Of a stretch of 64,000 bases of DNA, positions 61,401 to 64,000 are shown piece by piece (position 1 is the first letter of the stretch; each line of letters begins with the position of its first letter). Origin of the DNA: Longimicrobiales bacterium. GTDB taxonomy: Bacteria > Gemmatimonadota > Gemmatimonadetes > Longimicrobiales > Gaopeijiaceae. The notes beneath the pieces were generated by a model, which saw only the letters and a program-made list of their open reading frames with translations, was not told the origin of the DNA and did not search any database. The stretch spans positions 167,539 to 231,538 of the forward strand of contig CBDFIQ010000002.1 of assembly GCA_965248195.1 (NCBI GenBank). Direction: 5' to 3'. The translations under genes and the position numbers were made by a program.

Positions 61401-62990
61401 AGGGCGGAAGGGGATGTGGTACTGTGGAAGGATTCGCTCCAAGTACTCACCTTGGACGGAGAACTTCCTCTGGATCTGTCGTTCAACGCCGTCGAGGACC
61501 GCTTTCCCGAAGAGGTGATCGATCTCGTGGTCGTGTCGGACCGGTTGCCGCTTTCACTGTTGATGGCGCCGTTCCGGGGCTATCAGGAGGTGGAGGGGAC
61601 GATGTCCGGGCGCATCGAGGTGGTGGGCACGTCGAGAAGCCTCGCTCCCCGAGGCCAGATTACTGTGGAGGGAGGCAGAGCCTTTTTGAGTGGCCTCGGC
61701 GTACAGCAGGAGGACGTGAGCGGCACGCTCGACTGGTTCCCGGATGGGCGGCTGGAGGTTGACATGAGTGCCCGGGCAGTTGGGACGGCCGCCATTGAGG
61801 GCACGGTGACGCTCACGACCGCATTGGATCCTGGATTCGCGTTGGCCATCCGCCTTGACGATTTCCAGGCCTTGGACCGCCGTGACGCGACGGGCCGTTT
61901 GAGCGGTGATCTGCGCCTTGATGGATCCTTCTCGCGGCCGGTGGTCTCCGGCGATCTCTTTCTGGATGACGGAACCCTGTTTTACGAGGAGTTCCAGAGG
62001 GCAGCCGAGGTGGCCGATCTCTTCTTCGAGCGTGCCGCCGGGGTGGCGGATCTGCCAGCGCTCGACGCGTTGGATTCGGGTTTACGTCCGATCATCGCCG
62101 GTGGAAATCCTTTCCTCCAGAACATCCGGATGGAAAACACGACGTTGACGGCCCGGCGCGACAATTGGATCCGCAGCGAGCAGATGAATGTCGAGTTAGA
62201 AGGCGAGGTCGACCTACTCTACGACCGGCAGACTCAGGACCTTGCCCTCGTCGGCGATCTACAGGCCGTACGTGGATCGTTGGGGTTTGGCCCTCGGGGC
62301 CTCCGGAAGCAGTTTCAGGTGGACGGGGGCACGGTGCGGTTTCTGGGGACGCCGGGGCTCAACCCCGACCTGGACCTCACCGCAAGCGAACCCGTCAGGA
62401 CGCCGGAGGGGGACCGGCTCACGATCATCGCTGAAGTTACCGGAACGCTCGTATCACCTAGAGTCGCACTCCGGAGTGACGAGGCGGGGTTCACCGAGGA
62501 CGATCTGCTGAGTTACCTCTGGTTCGGTCGCCCGACGTACGCCCTGACTTCGGACCAGAGTGAAGCGGTGGGAGCAGGTTTGGCCGTTGGCCTAAATACC
62601 CTCAGTAGCGGGCTCGGGACGGTGATGACACAGGGCTTGGGGCTGGATTTCTTGGATTACCTTTCCATCACCCAGCAGGATCTGGGGTCGTTGGGGTCGC
62701 TCAGCGCCAACAACGTGCAAGGGGCTCTGGGTACGACGGTGGTCGAGACCGGCTTCTACGTGGCCGACGATATCTTCCTGACGCTGCTGTTCCGGCCCGC
62801 CTCGGCGCAGGGAGGTGGCGTGGAAAGCTTCCCCGGAATCCGTTTCGAGTGGGTGGCGTCCCGAGGGTACACGCTACAATCCTACTTTGAGGACCAGTTC
62901 TTCAGGGGTCGTTCCGTGGGCTTCGGCGAGTTCGGAGTGCAGACCAAGAAGGGGCTGGGACTCTCGATCTTCCGAGACTGGAGCTACTGA
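58473..62990 (+). CDS. tamB: Translocation and assembly module protein TamB-like (DUF490 C-terminus), 1505 aa
   Basis: ORF 58473..62990. The GTG start overlaps the TamA-like stop by 1 nt. It has an N-terminal TM anchor, a long repetitive beta-rich body and a C-terminal DUF490-like segment (LSYLWFGRP...). Confidence 0.8.
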   Translation: MSKTRRLRARKVLKMVAGVLMTLGVGAIAGVVILTLTSAGQTFVMEQALRRIEGTLNGEITVSGLRSPGLHRGVRLLGLRLTAPDGSSLLAVDSVDAEYSLRTILSGELALAGVTLWRPRLTITKQAPDQPVNLAAFLYGDGSPAQKLGAGGGPAEAAVRFLLDVVEIQDGSVEVRYPVPASRDPSSRLMTEPGPAGQGVQRVFSFHGIDGRFDGVVVADPAVEGIRMNVTGLSFVGEVFEEPVQVQDFDGTFAWSGNRILVEAETVSLLSGTASGSAAIELVEGSVPDLTVDALLDGVDLPELRWLEPRLPDARASGRLAVGFGSQGLRASWSGARLAIGGGEIEADGALSQASGGELALEDVTLEVSAVRVSALEKFISVTLPPEGRLSGNLEISGTMDSVAVSGRMDLLEPGVSPTSGEIDGVLHLRRPRGVTGMTARLTALDLGLVNRMAEGLMVDGAVNLEIRADGWLETGVRVVVVTTFPEPDPEESYVSLEGSLTEVDGELQIALDGELDPFSIADVVSDDSPLSRLGLIRGTVHAEGSLSDLMLRSDLTTEEGRLTLESRFDARSPFASYRLRGEADDFDPLEVAPWLAGGTLLSGSFDLLGEGGDLRMAELVGTLWLQESRFANLPVDSVSIELRILNGIVTVDDVQGRIGGVVVEGGGQLAVAGNAGLEAVRLSFETGSLEGLRPLLRGGDVIAGDTLTVLERQILEFEGIDPDTLRTLAEVMVSGRMAGELTMTGSVENLSIIGRAAVDDALYVGNRVGQAEVSFSATNLFSPEREVSAQIDAGAIRVLQREFDSVSVNVRYREPSGNVNVFLVRSPEESYSGLLTFDEEGDVRTLHLDELVFRFPEERWNLGAPATISWDPDGLTFRDFRLRRPGVGGMRLRAQGRIPFYGEADFGLEAEALDIRLIAHALQLDEVLEGVVDLEFNVMGTDDEPVMDLALSTDGFRFRDYALDRIEAEVAYTGRRAEGDVVLWKDSLQVLTLDGELPLDLSFNAVEDRFPEEVIDLVVVSDRLPLSLLMAPFRGYQEVEGTMSGRIEVVGTSRSLAPRGQITVEGGRAFLSGLGVQQEDVSGTLDWFPDGRLEVDMSARAVGTAAIEGTVTLTTALDPGFALAIRLDDFQALDRRDATGRLSGDLRLDGSFSRPVVSGDLFLDDGTLFYEEFQRAAEVADLFFERAAGVADLPALDALDSGLRPIIAGGNPFLQNIRMENTTLTARRDNWIRSEQMNVELEGEVDLLYDRQTQDLALVGDLQAVRGSLGFGPRGLRKQFQVDGGTVRFLGTPGLNPDLDLTASEPVRTPEGDRLTIIAEVTGTLVSPRVALRSDEAGFTEDDLLSYLWFGRPTYALTSDQSEAVGAGLAVGLNTLSSGLGTVMTQGLGLDFLDYLSITQQDLGSLGSLSANNVQGALGTTVVETGFYVADDIFLTLLFRPASAQGGGVESFPGIRFEWVASRGYTLQSYFEDQFFRGRSVGFGEFGVQTKKGLGLSIFRDWSY

Positions 62991-63093
62991 TTTAACCGCG
63001 GTTTGGACCGATACGCCGACACCGCGCTCCCCCGGGCCTCTCCCTGCAAGTGAATCCCCGAGGCGGCCCTCTCCTTTACGTTTGGCCGCCCCT

Positions 63094-63122
63094 TTGAAGC
63101 AAGACGCCGTCTTCGATATTCT
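63094..63122 (+). promoter_or_regulatory. Possible sigma-70-type promoter (TTGAAG-N17-TATTCT) with a 6-1-6 palindrome (AAGACGcCGTCTT) in the spacer, upstream of uvrA
   Basis: TTGAAG is at 63094-99, the palindrome at 63101-13 and TATTCT at 63117-22. The uvrA ATG is at 63131. Confidence 0.3.
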
Positions 63123-63130
63123 ACAGGGCT

Positions 63131-64000
63131 ATGGCCCAAGAATTTCTTGTCGTGCGCGGTGCAAGGGAGCACAACCTCCGTAACGTCGACGTCGAGCTCC
63201 CCCGGGGGGGCTTGATCGTGATCACGGGACTGTCCGGGTCCGGTAAGTCTTCCCTCGCTTTCGACACTATCTACGCAGAGGGCCAACGCCGCTACGTGGA
63301 GTCCCTCTCGGCGTATGCCCGCCAGTTCCTGGGGCTCATGGAGAAGCCCGACGTCGACTCGATCGAGGGCCTCTCTCCGGCCATCTCCATCGAACAGAAG
63401 ACGGTGAGCCGAAATCCGCGGTCGACCGTGGGGACCGTGACGGAGGTCTACGACTATCTACGGCTCCTCTGGGCTCGCGTGGGCGTCCCGCACTGCACTG
63501 AGTGCGGCAGGCCGGTTCTTCGGCAGTCGGTGTCCCAGATCGTGGAGCGGCTGCTGCTTCTCGACGAGGGGGCCAAAATTCAGGTGCTGGCGCCTCTGGT
63601 TCGAGGCAGGAAGGGTGAGTTCCGCGATCTCTTCGAGAAGGCTCGAAAGGAGGGGTTCGTGCGGGCCGTTGTCGACGGCGAGATGATCGATCTCTCTGAC
63701 CCGCCCGCGCTCAACCGATATGAGAACCACGACATCGCGATCGTGGTGGACCGACTGGTCCTTCGGCCGGAGGATCGGGAGCGGCTGGCCGACTCCGTGG
63801 AGACGGCGCTCCGGTCCGCCGAGGGTACGGTGGAGGTCCGGGAGGCGAAGGGGCGTTCACGCGTGTCGCACTTCTTCAGCGAGTCCTACGCCTGTGCGCA
63901 CTGCGGCACCAGCCTGCCCGAGATCGAGCCTCGGCAATTCTCCTTCAACTCGCCCTACGGGGCGTGCCAAGAATGTGGTGGGCTCGGGACCAGCAAGCAC
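63131..64000 (+). CDS. uvrA: Excinuclease ABC subunit A, partial (N-terminal 290 aa)
   Basis: Manual translation from ATG 63131 gives [68 protein letters not shown]...CTECG...CAHCG. The frame is open to the window end, so it is not in the ORF track. Confidence 0.95.
   Translation, partial: MAQEFLVVRGAREHNLRNVDVELPRGGLIVITGLSGSGKSSLAFDTIYAEGQRRYVESLSAYARQFLGLMEKPDVDSIEGLSPAISIEQKTVSRNPRSTVGTVTEVYDYLRLLWARVGVPHCTECGRPVLRQSVSQIVERLLLLDEGAKIQVLAPLVRGRKGEFRDLFEKARKEGFVRAVVDGEMIDLSDPPALNRYENHDIAIVVDRLVLRPEDRERLADSVETALRSAEGTVEVREAKGRSRVSHFFSESYACAHCGTSLPEIEPRQFSFNSPYGACQECGGLGTSKH

Noticed and set aside
62994-63003. The AACCGCGGTT palindrome right after the TamB stop as a terminator.
   Set aside because: It is a perfect palindrome with no loop and no following T-run. 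It is too short to support a hairpin terminator call.

Overview
High-GC (about two-thirds G+C by eye) bacterial chromosomal window. The gene content (ADOP-type duplicated permease, CBM9/DUF5916 outer-membrane protein, TamA/TamB, many TAT/GMC/Gfo sugar oxidoreductases) looks like a Gemmatimonadota or Acidobacteriota-type genome, but this is only a taxonomic guess. All family calls come from motifs I recognise in the translations; no database search was possible.

The window has three parts.

(1) 1-7.5 kb is a minus-strand sugar-oxidation cluster: TIM-barrel isomerase, Gfo/Idh/MocA, MFS, GMC flavoprotein plus TAT small subunit, DUF1080, and a deleted Gfo/Idh/MocA remnant.

(2) 7.6-33 kb is an accessory-looking, partly decayed region. 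It contains:
- a convergent supercluster with two bacterial GH3 acyl-adenylate/amido synthetases, an MLE-type enolase-superfamily enzyme, a di-iron fatty-acid hydroxylase, a class-B flavin monooxygenase, GtrA and novel membrane proteins;
- zinc-ribbon membrane proteins of unknown function;
- a Cache-HAMP-GGDEF cyclase split by an IS3-family element;
- an IS256-family element;
- an ECF sigma / anti-sigma operon in which two adjacent proteins carry CBM48-like domains.

(3) 33-64 kb is mostly intact core genes: GAF protein, amidohydrolase, ADOP permease, DUF5916, rhodanese, tgt-yajC-def-fmt-thiESG-rsmB, PASTA, TlpA, YbbR, tsaD, lgt, TamA/TamB and the uvrA 5' end.

No rRNA, tRNA or CRISPR array was seen. 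Many long ORFs in the track are antisense shadows typical of high-GC DNA and were not called.

The candidate for a previously undescribed system is the GH3 supercluster (7.7-16.1 kb). The second candidate is the ECF/CBM48 operon with its shared TGTGAC-N17-CGTC promoter motif.
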